The notes beneath the pieces are model-generated. The model saw only the letters and a list, made by a program, of their open reading frames with translations. It was not told the DNA's origin and searched no databases. Below are positions 33,194-43,314 of a stretch of DNA of 64,000 nt, one piece after another. Origin of the DNA: Candidatus Parcubacteria bacterium (GTDB taxonomy: Bacteria; Patescibacteriota; Patescibacteriia; Patescibacteriales; BM507); assembly GCA_002869265.1 (NCBI GenBank), contig PKTH01000003.1, positions 8,190 to 72,189 of the forward strand. The letters are read 5' to 3'. The translations under genes were made by a program, and so were the position numbers. Each line of letters begins with the position of its first letter. Position 1 is the first letter of the stretch.

Positions 33194-33906
33194 TGTTAAT
33201 TAAACTAGAAAATATAAAAAAAGAATTTTCCAATGATGAGATAGTTACTAAAGTCTTACATGGGATTTCTTTTGATATTGAAAAAGGTGATTTTGTCTCA
33301 ATTATGGGACCATCTGGTTCAGGAAAATCAACTCTAATGCACATAGTCGGACTCCTTGATAAAACCACTTCAGGCAAGTACTACCTGGAGGGGAGAGACG
33401 TTACTACTCTAGATGACACCGAATTAGCCCTTCTTAGAAACGAAAAAATTGGCTTTGTTTTCCAATCATTTAACCTCTTGGCAAAATCCACAGTTCTCGA
33501 GAACGTCATGCTTCCCTTAGTCTATTCAACGAAAAAAGGAGATGCAGAAAAAAAAGCCAGGAATGTTTTGGAACAAGTAGGTTTGAAACATCGTATTGAC
33601 TATATGCCCAACCAAATATCTGGAGGTGAGAAACAAAGAGTAGCTATTGCTCGTGCTCTAGTTAACGAGCCATCTGTTATATTTGCAGATGAGCCCACAG
33701 GAAATCTAGACTCAAAGTCAGGAATTCAGGTCATGGAAATACTACAAAAATTGAACGAAGAAGGGAACACTATTATCTTAGTTACTCACGAAACATTTAC
33801 AGCCGAACATGCTAAAAGAATTATTTATATAAGAGACGGACTCTTAGAGTCTGATACCCTAGTTAAAAAACGAAGATTTGCTCACGACGGTGACATGTTA
33901 AAGTAA
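33193..33906 (+). CDS. ABC transporter ATP-binding protein (MacB/LolD type)
   Basis: [34 protein letters not shown]. Confidence 0.93.
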   Translation: MLIKLENIKKEFSNDEIVTKVLHGISFDIEKGDFVSIMGPSGSGKSTLMHIVGLLDKTTSGKYYLEGRDVTTLDDTELALLRNEKIGFVFQSFNLLAKSTVLENVMLPLVYSTKKGDAEKKARNVLEQVGLKHRIDYMPNQISGGEKQRVAIARALVNEPSVIFADEPTGNLDSKSGIQVMEILQKLNEEGNTIILVTHETFTAEHAKRIIYIRDGLLESDTLVKKRRFAHDGDMLK

Positions 33907-35156
33907 TGATTCTTCAAATTAAACAAGCAATAAGAAGCCCGATTCAATCTCTCTTGGCCAATAAAGTCAGGAGTTTTTTGACAATCCTCGGAATAGTTAT
34001 CGGCGTAAGTGCTGTTGTTGTTATTATGGCAGTCGGAGCCGGTGCTCAAAGTTTAATCCTGGGTCAAATCGAAAGTCTTGGTTCAGACTTGGTTGGAGTT
34101 CTCCCTGGAAACTCTGGTGATGGAGCTCCAGCTTCTGCTATGGGAATAGTTGTCACCACTCTGACTTATGACGACTTGCTGGCCATTAAAAATAAAAATA
34201 ACGCACCAAACATAAAAGAAGCCACTGCTTATGTAAAAGGTTTTTCAAGTGTTTCATGGGGGTCCAACTCATACGATACAAATATCTCGGGGACTACTGC
34301 AAGTTACCTAGACGTCGAAGGTGGCGAGGTTGAATTTGGAAGATTTTTTACTGAAGCTGAAGAAAAATCTACTAGCAAGATAGTAGTTCTGGGTAGCACT
34401 GTGGCAAAAGAGGTCTTTGGCCAATCTGACCCTATTGGTAAAAAAGTGAAAATTAAAAAAAGGACCTTTGAGGTCATTGGTGTTATGAAAGAAAGGGGGA
34501 CAGTAGCTTTTCAAAATTATGATGACCAGGTTTTTATACCAATTGTTACTATGCAAAAAACAGTTGAAGGGATTGATCATATTACTATGATGAGAATGAA
34601 AATTAGTCATGAAGATAACACAGAGATTGCTATTGAGGAAGTAAAAGCTACCCTCAGGGAGGAACACGGCATAAAAGATACGACTGGAACAGAAGATGAC
34701 TTCACCGTCAGAGGCGCTGCTCAAGCCCTAGACATCATAACAACAATCACAGACTCTCTAAAATTCTTTTTAGCGGCCATGGCTGCTATTTCTCTCATTG
34801 TAGGAGGCATAGGGATTATGAATATAATGCTTATTAGTGTTAATGAAAGGACGAGAGAAATTGGCTTACGCAAAGCAGTCGGAGCTAATAACAGACATAT
34901 ACTAATTCAGTTTTTATTAGAGTCAATAGTATTAACCATCCTCGGTGGTCTATTTGGACTAGTGGCGGGAACCTTATTTTCTTTTTTGGTTGCTGTTGTT
35001 GCAAATGCTCTAGGATATGATTGGACCTTTCATGTTTCCTTATTTTCTATAATCTTATCAGTGACTGTCTCAATGTTAATTGGTCTAATTTTCGGTATAG
35101 TCCCTGCTAAAAAAGCTTCCCAATTAGAACCAATAGAAGCTCTAAGATATGAATAA
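33906..35156 (+). CDS. ABC transporter permease, MacB/FtsX family (copy 1)
   Basis: TM1, large extracytoplasmic domain, then 3 TM helices with RTREIGLRKAVGA. Confidence 0.88.
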   Translation: MILQIKQAIRSPIQSLLANKVRSFLTILGIVIGVSAVVVIMAVGAGAQSLILGQIESLGSDLVGVLPGNSGDGAPASAMGIVVTTLTYDDLLAIKNKNNAPNIKEATAYVKGFSSVSWGSNSYDTNISGTTASYLDVEGGEVEFGRFFTEAEEKSTSKIVVLGSTVAKEVFGQSDPIGKKVKIKKRTFEVIGVMKERGTVAFQNYDDQVFIPIVTMQKTVEGIDHITMMRMKISHEDNTEIAIEEVKATLREEHGIKDTTGTEDDFTVRGAAQALDIITTITDSLKFFLAAMAAISLIVGGIGIMNIMLISVNERTREIGLRKAVGANNRHILIQFLLESIVLTILGGLFGLVAGTLFSFLVAVVANALGYDWTFHVSLFSIILSVTVSMLIGLIFGIVPAKKASQLEPIEALRYE

Positions 35157-36419
35157 ATGTCTATAATAAATGATTTTAAAATTGCCACTAGTGCAATAAA
35201 TAGTAACCGAAGCAGAACAGCATTGACTATTACTGGTCTTGTTATTGGTGTTGCTAGTATATTTATGGTTTTTTCTGCTGGGGAGGGACTAGAGAGTTTA
35301 ATCTTAGGTCAAATTGAATCATTTGGAACAGACTTTATTCAGACCGAAATAAAAGTTCCAACAGGGAAAACCCCTGGAAGCGCTGCCGATGAATCCGCTA
35401 GTGGACAAGCCCTTGTTCAAGGTGTGCAAGTTACATCTTTGACCCTAGATGATATGGACGACCTTAAAAAGCTAGACAATATTGTTGATTCATATGGAGC
35501 CCTAATGTCTCAGGGTGTAGCTACATATAAAGCAGAGAAAGAGCCTGTTACAATCTTTGGAGTAAGCCCTAGTTATATTGATATTGACAGTAGTGAAGTT
35601 GAGTATGGTAGTTTTTACACTGATATGGAAGACAAATCTCTTGCCCAGGTTGTCGTTCTAGGCTCAGAATTAAAAGATAAATTATTTGGGGAGTCAGAAG
35701 CCGTAGGGAAAACAATTAAAATAAAAAAGAAAAATTTTACAGTTGTTGGTGTAATGGAAAAAAGAGGCGCTGTGATGACACTTGATTTCGACAATTTTAT
35801 CTATGTTCCTGTTCGCACACTCCAAAAGAAAATGATGGGGATTGATCATGTCTTATATATCACTTCAAAAGTAGCTGACCTAAGTCTTTCCTATGACACG
35901 GCCGAAGAAATGAGGTATATCTTAAGAGAGAATCATGACATTGTTGACGTGACAAAAGATGATTTTAGGGTAACAACTATGGATGAAATGATGGAAATGC
36001 TAGGAACAATTACCGGCGCAATTACGCTACTTCTACTAGCAATAGTTGTTATATCTTTAGTAGTCGCAGGGGTTGGTATTACAAATGTTATGTATGTTAT
36101 TATTTCTGAGCGAACAACAGAAATTGGATTAAGAAAAGCGGTCGGAGCTAATTACTATCATATAATAAGGCAATTTTTAATAGAATCTATAATGATAACA
36201 TTACTAGGCTTTATTTTTGGTTTTTTAATTGGTGGTCTCTTCTCGTTCGTCATTGCAATAGGTGCTCAATACAGCGGACTTGACTGGCAGTTCAGTATTC
36301 CTTTAAAATCAATTATCACTGCTTTTGTATTTTCCGTTTTCGCTGGGGTAATATTTGGCTATTTCCCTGCAAGAAAAGCAGCTTTAATGGAGCCTGTCAC
36401 CGCCCTTAGAAAAGAATAA
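35157..36419 (+). CDS. ABC transporter permease, MacB/FtsX family (copy 2)
   Basis: Same layout, RTTEIGLRKAVGA. Paralogous to the previous gene. Confidence 0.88.
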   Translation: MSIINDFKIATSAINSNRSRTALTITGLVIGVASIFMVFSAGEGLESLILGQIESFGTDFIQTEIKVPTGKTPGSAADESASGQALVQGVQVTSLTLDDMDDLKKLDNIVDSYGALMSQGVATYKAEKEPVTIFGVSPSYIDIDSSEVEYGSFYTDMEDKSLAQVVVLGSELKDKLFGESEAVGKTIKIKKKNFTVVGVMEKRGAVMTLDFDNFIYVPVRTLQKKMMGIDHVLYITSKVADLSLSYDTAEEMRYILRENHDIVDVTKDDFRVTTMDEMMEMLGTITGAITLLLLAIVVISLVVAGVGITNVMYVIISERTTEIGLRKAVGANYYHIIRQFLIESIMITLLGFIFGFLIGGLFSFVIAIGAQYSGLDWQFSIPLKSIITAFVFSVFAGVIFGYFPARKAALMEPVTALRKE

Positions 36420-36420
36420 A

Positions 36421-37620
36421 ATGAAAGTTGTAAATATTTTAGGAATCAATTTAGTAAAAGCGAGCAAGGATGAAATTCTTGATAAGATTCATTCTTTTTT
36501 GCGTGGTGATAAGGTTAGATATATTGTCACACCAAATCCCGAAAATATTTTAAAGGCAGTTCATGACGAAGAACTTTGGTATATCACCAATAACGCTGAC
36601 TTATCATTAGCTGATGGAATAGGTCTGAAACTAGCCGGAATTCTCATGGGAAAATATTTAAAAAGATTTACTGGATCTGACCTAACTAACTATTTAATAG
36701 ACTATGCGGAGAAAAACAGTCTCAAGATAGCTATTCTAAATTGGCGAGGGGGGCTATCGCTGGGCTCAACCATTTCAGAAACTCTAAACAAGAAACATCC
36801 GAAACTTAATTTTTATATTCAAGACATTGATAGACAAGGGACTCTTATCAACTATGAAAAATTAAACAAATTTTCACCCGATATTTTATTTTCCTCACTA
36901 GGCTGCCCCTACCAAGAAAAAAATATCTACGAGGTAAAAGATAAGGTCTCCGGACTCAAATTAGCCCTAGCAATTGGAGGAAGTTTTGACTTTATTACAG
37001 AAAGAAAAAAAAGAGCTCCGCTATTTTTTAGAAAAATTGGCCTAGAGTGGTTTTGGAGACTATTGATTCAGCCCAACAGGGTGGGACGTATATTTAATGC
37101 AACTTTTGTTTTTATGTACCGCTTCCTAATCTGGAGATTTATCCACCCTTTCTTATATAGACCTTCAGTGGCATGTCTCCTATATAAAAAAGAGCATGGT
37201 AGAATAAAAATACTCATGGTCAGGAGAAACGAGGGAAGCCATGAAGAACACTGGCAGATTCCTCAAGGGGGAACAGACGGCGAAAGTCTTTCTATTGCCG
37301 GCAGACGAGAACTTAATGAAGAATTAGGTAATAGTAATTTCAAGAACATCGCTGTCTTTAAGTCTATCCATAAATACTTATTCCCAAACGGCCTTCGTTC
37401 TAAGTACAATACTAATGCCAAAGCTCCTCAGGGATACAAGGGCCAAAAGCAAGGATTATTCATCGCAGAATTCAATGGAAAAGACAGTGATATAAGTTTA
37501 AATTTCTGGGAACACGATAGATGGAAATGGGTTGACCTAGAAAATGCAATCGAAACTACTCACCAAACCAGAAAAAAATCCCTGTCATTGTTTATTCAAA
37601 AGCTAAAAACTAAATTATAG
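36421..37620 (+). CDS. Fusion protein: WecB/TagA/CpsF glycosyltransferase (N-terminal) plus NUDIX hydrolase (C-terminal)
   Basis: IVTPNPENIL..LADGIGL..GLEWFWRLLIQPNRVGRI (TagA family). Nudix box GGTDGESLSIAGRRELNEELG from about residue 245. Confidence 0.75.
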   Translation: MKVVNILGINLVKASKDEILDKIHSFLRGDKVRYIVTPNPENILKAVHDEELWYITNNADLSLADGIGLKLAGILMGKYLKRFTGSDLTNYLIDYAEKNSLKIAILNWRGGLSLGSTISETLNKKHPKLNFYIQDIDRQGTLINYEKLNKFSPDILFSSLGCPYQEKNIYEVKDKVSGLKLALAIGGSFDFITERKKRAPLFFRKIGLEWFWRLLIQPNRVGRIFNATFVFMYRFLIWRFIHPFLYRPSVACLLYKKEHGRIKILMVRRNEGSHEEHWQIPQGGTDGESLSIAGRRELNEELGNSNFKNIAVFKSIHKYLFPNGLRSKYNTNAKAPQGYKGQKQGLFIAEFNGKDSDISLNFWEHDRWKWVDLENAIETTHQTRKKSLSLFIQKLKTKL

Positions 37621-37621
37621 T

Positions 37622-37813
37622 ATGAAACTAAAATTTAAAAAATATATCTTTCTAGTTAACGATATAACAAATCTTATCTTAAAAAAAGAAATCGAAACAA
37701 ATCACGAATTGGCTCTTGATTTGCATAAAAAGCTCAAAATTGTTAGTATTTTTTTGGCAATCTCTTTGATTGTCAATATCATTTTATTAACTAAATACTG
37801 TATATATGGATAA
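37622..37813 (+). CDS. Hypothetical small membrane protein
   Basis: 63 aa with a C-terminal TM helix; overlaps the gltX start by 8 nt. Confidence 0.35.
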   Translation: MKLKFKKYIFLVNDITNLILKKEIETNHELALDLHKKLKIVSIFLAISLIVNIILLTKYCIYG

Positions 37814-39275
37814 AAATGTTAGAGTCAGATTCGCTCCATCGCCGACTGGATTTTTGCATATCGGAAGTCTTAGAACTGTTTTATTTAACTACGTTTTTGC
37901 AAAAAAATACGGAGGGAAATTTATATTAAGAATTGAAGACACAGACGAAAAAAGAAAAGTCGAAGGGTCAGTAGAAAATCTTATAGATATTTTCTCTTGG
38001 TTGGGCTTTGATTACGATGAGGGACCAGATAAAGATATGGGCTTTGGACCATATATCCAGAGTCAAAGAAACGATATATATACAAAATATATAAACCAAC
38101 TACAAAATGAAGGCAAGGCGTATAAATGTTTTTGTACGCCTGAAAGATTGCAAGAAATGAGAGAAAAACAACAAGCAGAAAAAAAAGCCCCAGGATATGA
38201 TGGGAAATGTTTACACCTAACAAAAGAAGAAATTGAAAAAAATCTTAAAGAAGGTAAGCCTTTTGTAGTAAGACAAAAAATACCAAAAGAAGGAGAGGTA
38301 ATTGTTTATGATGAATTGAAAGGCGAAATAGTATTTAAGGCTGAAGGCCTAGACGATCATGTTCTTCTTAAAGCAACCGGCACCCCGACATATCAATTTG
38401 CTAATGTAGTCGATGACCATCTAATGGAGATAAGCCATGTAATGCGTGGTGATGAATGGATACCATCCGCTCCTAAAAATGTCCTTTTGTATAGAGATCT
38501 TGGTTGGGAGCCCCCAAAATATATTCATTTACCTCTTATTATGAATAAAGAGGGTGGAAAATTAAGCAAAAGACAAGGAGACGTAACTGTTGAAGATTAC
38601 AAAGCTAAAGGCTACCTGCCAGAAGCCCTAATAAACTTTACAGCTCTTCTTGGTTGGCATCCAAAAGGAGATGAAGAAATCTTAAGCCTAGATGACATCA
38701 TTAAAAATTTCTCAATAGAGGGAATGGGCGTAAGCCCAAGTGTTTTTGATGTGGAGAAGCTCGATTTTTTTAACTCTCATTATATTAAGAATCTTAGTTC
38801 AGACAAATTACTAGAGCTTGCTAAACCTTTTATTGAAAAAAATACAAAGCTTAGTTCTAAGACTCATAAGAGTGAGGATGCTTTTCTCATAAAGGTAATT
38901 GCCACCGAGAAAGAAAGAGTCAAAAAATTATCTGACTTAGAAGAGGCGACTAAACTATTTTTTACTGACGAACTAGATTATTCTCCAGAGTTGTTGATAT
39001 GGAAAAAACTAGGAAAAGAACAAATTAAGTCTAATCTAGAAACAGTTTATGAACTAATCGAAAAGATTCCCGAGGAAAATTGGACCGAAGCAAGTTTAAA
39101 TGATGCAATATTTACTCACATTAAAGCTAAGGAACTAAAAGTAGGGGACTATCTATGGCCAATGAGAGTTTCACTCTCAGGTCAAGAAAAAAGCCCTGGC
39201 CCATACGAGATAGCTCAAGCTCTAGGTAAATCAGAATCACTCCTCAAAATACAAAAAGCAATTACTTTGCTCTAA
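37806..39275 (+). CDS. gltX: Glutamyl-tRNA synthetase
   Basis: RFAPSPTGFLHIGS (HIGH motif), KLSKRQG (KMSKS motif). Confidence 0.93.
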   Translation: MDKNVRVRFAPSPTGFLHIGSLRTVLFNYVFAKKYGGKFILRIEDTDEKRKVEGSVENLIDIFSWLGFDYDEGPDKDMGFGPYIQSQRNDIYTKYINQLQNEGKAYKCFCTPERLQEMREKQQAEKKAPGYDGKCLHLTKEEIEKNLKEGKPFVVRQKIPKEGEVIVYDELKGEIVFKAEGLDDHVLLKATGTPTYQFANVVDDHLMEISHVMRGDEWIPSAPKNVLLYRDLGWEPPKYIHLPLIMNKEGGKLSKRQGDVTVEDYKAKGYLPEALINFTALLGWHPKGDEEILSLDDIIKNFSIEGMGVSPSVFDVEKLDFFNSHYIKNLSSDKLLELAKPFIEKNTKLSSKTHKSEDAFLIKVIATEKERVKKLSDLEEATKLFFTDELDYSPELLIWKKLGKEQIKSNLETVYELIEKIPEENWTEASLNDAIFTHIKAKELKVGDYLWPMRVSLSGQEKSPGPYEIAQALGKSESLLKIQKAITLL

Positions 39276-39324
39276 GTTGCCTAATATTAAATATAATATT
39301 TGGCTGTTAGACTAACTCTAAAAA

Positions 39325-39333
39325 TGTTATAAT
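39325..39333 (+). promoter_or_regulatory. Extended -10 TGTTATAAT upstream of the M23 peptidase gene
   Basis: Read directly; 15-nt leader containing AAAGGA. Confidence 0.45.
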
Positions 39334-39348
39334 ATAGAAAAAGGATTA

Positions 39349-40596
39349 ATGAAAAAGATTTTATTTCTACTTGCAATAATTATTGTTAGTGGTGCTATTA
39401 TTAGGACCTCAGATTTTGCATACCTTGCTGAAGAGGAGAGCTACTCAACACCAGAATCAGCTAAGATAAACAATGAAATAAAAACAATCAATGAAGAAAT
39501 AGAAGATAGAAAGAATCGGATGCAAAAGATACAAGACAAACAAAAAAGCTACACTCAAGCTATTGCCCAAAAACAGAAAGACAAATCCACTCTTAATAGC
39601 CAGCTAGCTATACTTGATAATAGACTTGCCAAGGCTGAACTTGATATAGAATCAGTTGAAATTGATATTGAAAAAGTCTCTCTGGAGATTTCAAAAACAA
39701 ATCTTTCCATTCTGGATAAAGAAGCTGAGATAGAAGTAGAAAAAAGTAAAATTGAAAAAGTTATCCAGCTGCTTTATAAAGAGGGGAATATAGACACACT
39801 CCAAATATTACTTTTGAACAACTCCTTATCAGATTTTTTAACCCAAGTTAAATACCTTGAGAATGTTAACCAAGCAGTTAAAGAAAGTCTCGACAATTTA
39901 GTTTCCTTGAAAGAAAATTTAGAAGAAGAGAAGATCCAACTGGGAAAAAAGAATGACAATCTTGAATTACTTAAGAGTGACCTTATAGATAAAAAAGAGC
40001 TACTCAAAGCTGAACTTGAATCCAAAGAAACCCTACTAACTCAAGTAAATTCATCTGAAGCTGAATATCAAAAATTACTTGCTCAATCCAAAGAAGAACA
40101 ACAAGACGCTGCAGCAGAGATTGCCAGTATGGAAAAGCTTATCAGGGCTAAATTAGCAGCTCTTCAAGGGAAAAAACTAGAGTTCAACGAAAATGGTTTT
40201 GTTTGGCCGGTCAAAAAAAATGTCATAACTGCTTATTTTCATGATCCAGACTACCCATATAAAAATATTTTTGAACATCCCGCTATTGATATTCGGGCAG
40301 GGCAGGGGAGTACTCTAAAAGCAGCCGCTTCTGGCTATGTGGCCAGAGCAAAAGACGCTGGAATGGGATACAGTTATATCATGATAATACACGGAGATGG
40401 GCTCTCTACGGTATATGGACACGTTTCCAAGCTTTATGTCCAAGATGACGAATACGTCGTTCAGGGGCAAACTATAGGCCTCTCAGGAGGTATGCCTGGA
40501 ACACCAGGAGCTGGTAGACTGACAACTGGACCTCATCTTCATTTTGAGGTTAGAAAAGACGGAATCCCTGTAAACCCCCTAAACTATTTACAATAA
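39349..40596 (+). CDS. M23 family metallopeptidase with a long N-terminal coiled coil (EnvC-like)
   Basis: HPAIDI, HGDGLSTVYGH, GPHLHFEV. About 250 aa of coiled coil. Confidence 0.85.
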   Translation: MKKILFLLAIIIVSGAIIRTSDFAYLAEEESYSTPESAKINNEIKTINEEIEDRKNRMQKIQDKQKSYTQAIAQKQKDKSTLNSQLAILDNRLAKAELDIESVEIDIEKVSLEISKTNLSILDKEAEIEVEKSKIEKVIQLLYKEGNIDTLQILLLNNSLSDFLTQVKYLENVNQAVKESLDNLVSLKENLEEEKIQLGKKNDNLELLKSDLIDKKELLKAELESKETLLTQVNSSEAEYQKLLAQSKEEQQDAAAEIASMEKLIRAKLAALQGKKLEFNENGFVWPVKKNVITAYFHDPDYPYKNIFEHPAIDIRAGQGSTLKAAASGYVARAKDAGMGYSYIMIIHGDGLSTVYGHVSKLYVQDDEYVVQGQTIGLSGGMPGTPGAGRLTTGPHLHFEVRKDGIPVNPLNYLQ

Positions 40597-40660
40597 TATT
40601 TTTTTTAGTTATACTTTTTTTACTATTTTGCTCTTTAACCCAATATAAAAGGGGACTCTT

Positions 40661-40843
40661 ATGCGTTCACTAATGGACCAAGTTCTTTCGCTTAAAACAG
40701 TCAAAGGAAAAACTATCCCTTCACCAACAAAACCCGGATATGAAAAGCTTGCCAGAGAAGCAGACGAAAGAATTGACAACATTATTTCAAGTCGACTTAG
40801 AGGATTAGCAAAAGCAGCTACCGTAATGGTAAGAGGAGTGTGA
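40661..40843 (+). CDS. Hypothetical small protein
   Basis: AAAGGGG SD-like sequence; 1-nt gap to the next ORF. Confidence 0.35.
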   Translation: MRSLMDQVLSLKTVKGKTIPSPTKPGYEKLAREADERIDNIISSRLRGLAKAATVMVRGV

Positions 40844-40844
40844 C

Positions 40845-41042
40845 ATGATCTTAAATTTTGTTATGAATAACAACTTGTTCAGCATTATTTATCTTTTACT
40901 GTCTTTCGTCGCCCTTTCACTTGGAGCTATAATAACAATCCTTACTTCAACTCTCTTTTTCTCTATAAATGTAATTGCCCTTTTGTTTGCTGGAGTCTCA
41001 AATTTTCTCTACCAGGTTACCACTCATCCGGAACTAGAATAA
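40845..41042 (+). CDS. Hypothetical small membrane protein (2 TM helices)
   Basis: Hydrophobic 65 aa; coupled to the previous ORF. Confidence 0.4.
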   Translation: MILNFVMNNNLFSIIYLLLSFVALSLGAIITILTSTLFFSINVIALLFAGVSNFLYQVTTHPELE

Positions 41043-41077
41043 GTATTAGAACTCAAAGCAAGAAAAATTTTGCAATT

Positions 41078-41111
41078 AAAAAAGCACTGAAAATATTCAG
41101 TGCTTTGTTTT
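41078..41111. terminator. Bidirectional terminator
   Basis: AGCACTGAA-AATA-TTCAGTGCT with flanking A and T runs. Confidence 0.8.
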
Positions 41112-41487
41112 AGCTTAAAAACAATTTTTCTCCAATCGTGTAAGTTTTATCTTGAGAATTATCGAAATGAAGAAATGGGACAAACAAAAGAGAAAAGAAC
41201 GAAATAGAAATCCATAAGAAAAGAACAGGTAAACAATTTCTACTTTTATCAAAAAAATAATAAAATAATAACCTAATAAATGCATACAAGGCTACTAAAT
41301 ACAAAAGTATTAATACTACTTGAAGAACCATGGATAGCTCAGAAACATGATACAGCATACCAGTTACCCTTGTTTCGAATTTACTTGCCGGGTGAATATA
41401 CAAGGAGGCATTTATCAAGACGAGATAGATAGCAACAGTAAAAATTATAGCGACTAACAAACTTACAGAATGATATTTCTTACTCAT
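41110..41487 (-). CDS. Hypothetical membrane protein (about 4 TM helices)
   Basis: AGGAGGAA SD upstream; hydrophobic profile. Confidence 0.45.
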   Translation of the reverse strand: MSKKYHSVSLLVAIIFTVAIYLVLINASLYIHPASKFETRVTGMLYHVSELSMVLQVVLILLYLVALYAFIRLLFYYFFDKSRNCLPVLFLWISISFFSLLFVPFLHFDNSQDKTYTIGEKLFLS

Positions 41488-41574
41488 TTATTCCTCCTGT
41501 GAAATATAGTATAAGAAAAGAACAGAGTATATTACTCTGACATATCACCATTTATTTGTCAATAGTGGTTTTTA

Positions 41575-42531
41575 CTAATTTTTTAAGTTTTTCCCACTGT
41601 GAAATTTTTTATGGACATCTCTTAGCTGCTTATTAGTAACGTGCGTATAGATCTGTGTTGTAGCTATATTTTGATGTCCTAAGAATTCTTGTACTAAACG
41701 TAGGTCTACTCCTTGAGCAAGCAAATCAGTAGCGTAAGAGTGTCTAAGGGTGTGGGGGGTTGTCACTATGGGGAGGCCAGCTATTTTAACATATTTTTTG
41801 ACTATTTCTTCAACACTTTTAGTGGTAAGTCTACGTGGATTTGAGGTTTTTTCAATACCTGGTTTGTAATTTATAAAAAGTGCTGGATCCATATCTTGTC
41901 TTTTATTTATATATGCCCGCAACCACATAGTGGCTCTTTCTGAAAAATAAATAGCTCGAACTTTTGATCCTTTTCCGATGACAGAAACCTCCATGTCTTT
42001 AGTTTTTTCTGTTATTCTAAACTGCTCAGAGTCAAGTGCAACTAACTCTGCCACACGTAACCCAGTAGAAAATAATACCTCTAAAATCACTCTATCCCGC
42101 AGTCCAATTCTTGTTTCTATATTAGGCGCCAATAATAATTTTTCAACCTGATCCAAACTCAAAAATTTTATTTCTTTATCTGCTTTATCTTTAGCAAGTT
42201 TTATTTTGTCTGGGGGGAGAGAGGGGATATCTCTTTCAATGAAATACTCTAAAAAACTCCTCAGGGCTATAAGGTAATAATTTTGAGTAGATTTTTTTAA
42301 GGTTTTTTTTGTCCTGGGGTCAGTATGTCTTGAGAGGAAAACTCTGTATTTCAACACATGCTTATCAGTTAATTTTTCCGGTGATAATTTATCTAATCCT
42401 GAATCCTTTAACCATAAAAAAAATTTATTTAAAAATCGGGAATAATTTTCTTGCGTTTTAGAAGAAAGTCCTCTTTCAATTTCTAAAAAATCAAGATAGT
42501 CTGTAAGATGTTTTGATATTGCTTTTGCCAT
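41575..42531 (-). CDS. Tyrosine recombinase, XerC/XerD family
   Basis: Catalytic region HTLRHSYATDLLAQG..LGHQNIATTQIYTHV. N-terminal SAM-like domain FLEIERGLSSKTQENY. Confidence 0.88.
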   Translation of the reverse strand: MAKAISKHLTDYLDFLEIERGLSSKTQENYSRFLNKFFLWLKDSGLDKLSPEKLTDKHVLKYRVFLSRHTDPRTKKTLKKSTQNYYLIALRSFLEYFIERDIPSLPPDKIKLAKDKADKEIKFLSLDQVEKLLLAPNIETRIGLRDRVILEVLFSTGLRVAELVALDSEQFRITEKTKDMEVSVIGKGSKVRAIYFSERATMWLRAYINKRQDMDPALFINYKPGIEKTSNPRRLTTKSVEEIVKKYVKIAGLPIVTTPHTLRHSYATDLLAQGVDLRLVQEFLGHQNIATTQIYTHVTNKQLRDVHKKFHSGKNLKN

Positions 42532-42569
42532 ACAAACATTATAGCACTTATATTATGCGAAGTATATTG

Positions 42570-42598
42570 TTGACATAAAGTTCTATATAGAATATATT
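42570..42598 (+). promoter_or_regulatory. Candidate promoter
   Basis: TTGACA, 17-nt spacer, TATATT, upstream of 42654..42908. Confidence 0.4.
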
Positions 42599-42653
42599 TA
42601 TAACTGTTGCTCATTTTACAAATCCCAAAATACTCATACGGAGAAAAAGAAAA

Positions 42654-42908
42654 ATGAAAATGTTTATTATCCTAATAGTAATATTTTCTATTACAAACAT
42701 CTGTTATGCAGAAGAACAAGATAATGATTATATCTTAATCGATCATAACAGCGCTCAAGCAAAAAAAGAAAATAAAGAACTATTTAGTCTCAAAGTCAAA
42801 GAAACAGAAAACATCACTTATTCTCTTTTTGTTGGTTGTAATGACAATCAGGAATTTGATCTATTTAAATGGGAAAAAATTGGCGCTAAAATGATTATTA
42901 GATTCTAA
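42654..42908 (+). CDS. Hypothetical small secreted protein
   Basis: GGAGAAAAAG SD; signal peptide MKMFIILIVIFSITNICYA. Confidence 0.4.
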   Translation: MKMFIILIVIFSITNICYAEEQDNDYILIDHNSAQAKKENKELFSLKVKETENITYSLFVGCNDNQEFDLFKWEKIGAKMIIRF

Positions 42909-43314
42909 AATGCGCAAAAATACACGAGAGGACTAAAAACCCTCTTTTTTTTCTTAAAAATGCCATTTATTGACTAATATTAGCTATTTAGCTCAAAATG
43001 GCTTTCTAAGAGATTTTTCTGTCTTTTTGGTATAAATACACATAACTTTAAGCATGCTTTTATAGAAAGTACCTAGAAAGCGCGAGATAGAGCCTAGATT
43101 TAAAAGAAATATATCTATTTATTTCAATTAAATTTTTAAGTCTAAAAAAACCTTAACGAATTATGAAATAATATGGAGACACTTAAGAAGTAGGGGTTAA
43201 TGAATAAATGTATAAACCGACTTTAATAACTACTTAGATTTATGAGTTTTTATATAAAAAGGAGGGTAGAGTATTTGATTGACGGGAAGGCACCTTATTT
43301 ATAGTATTGATAGT

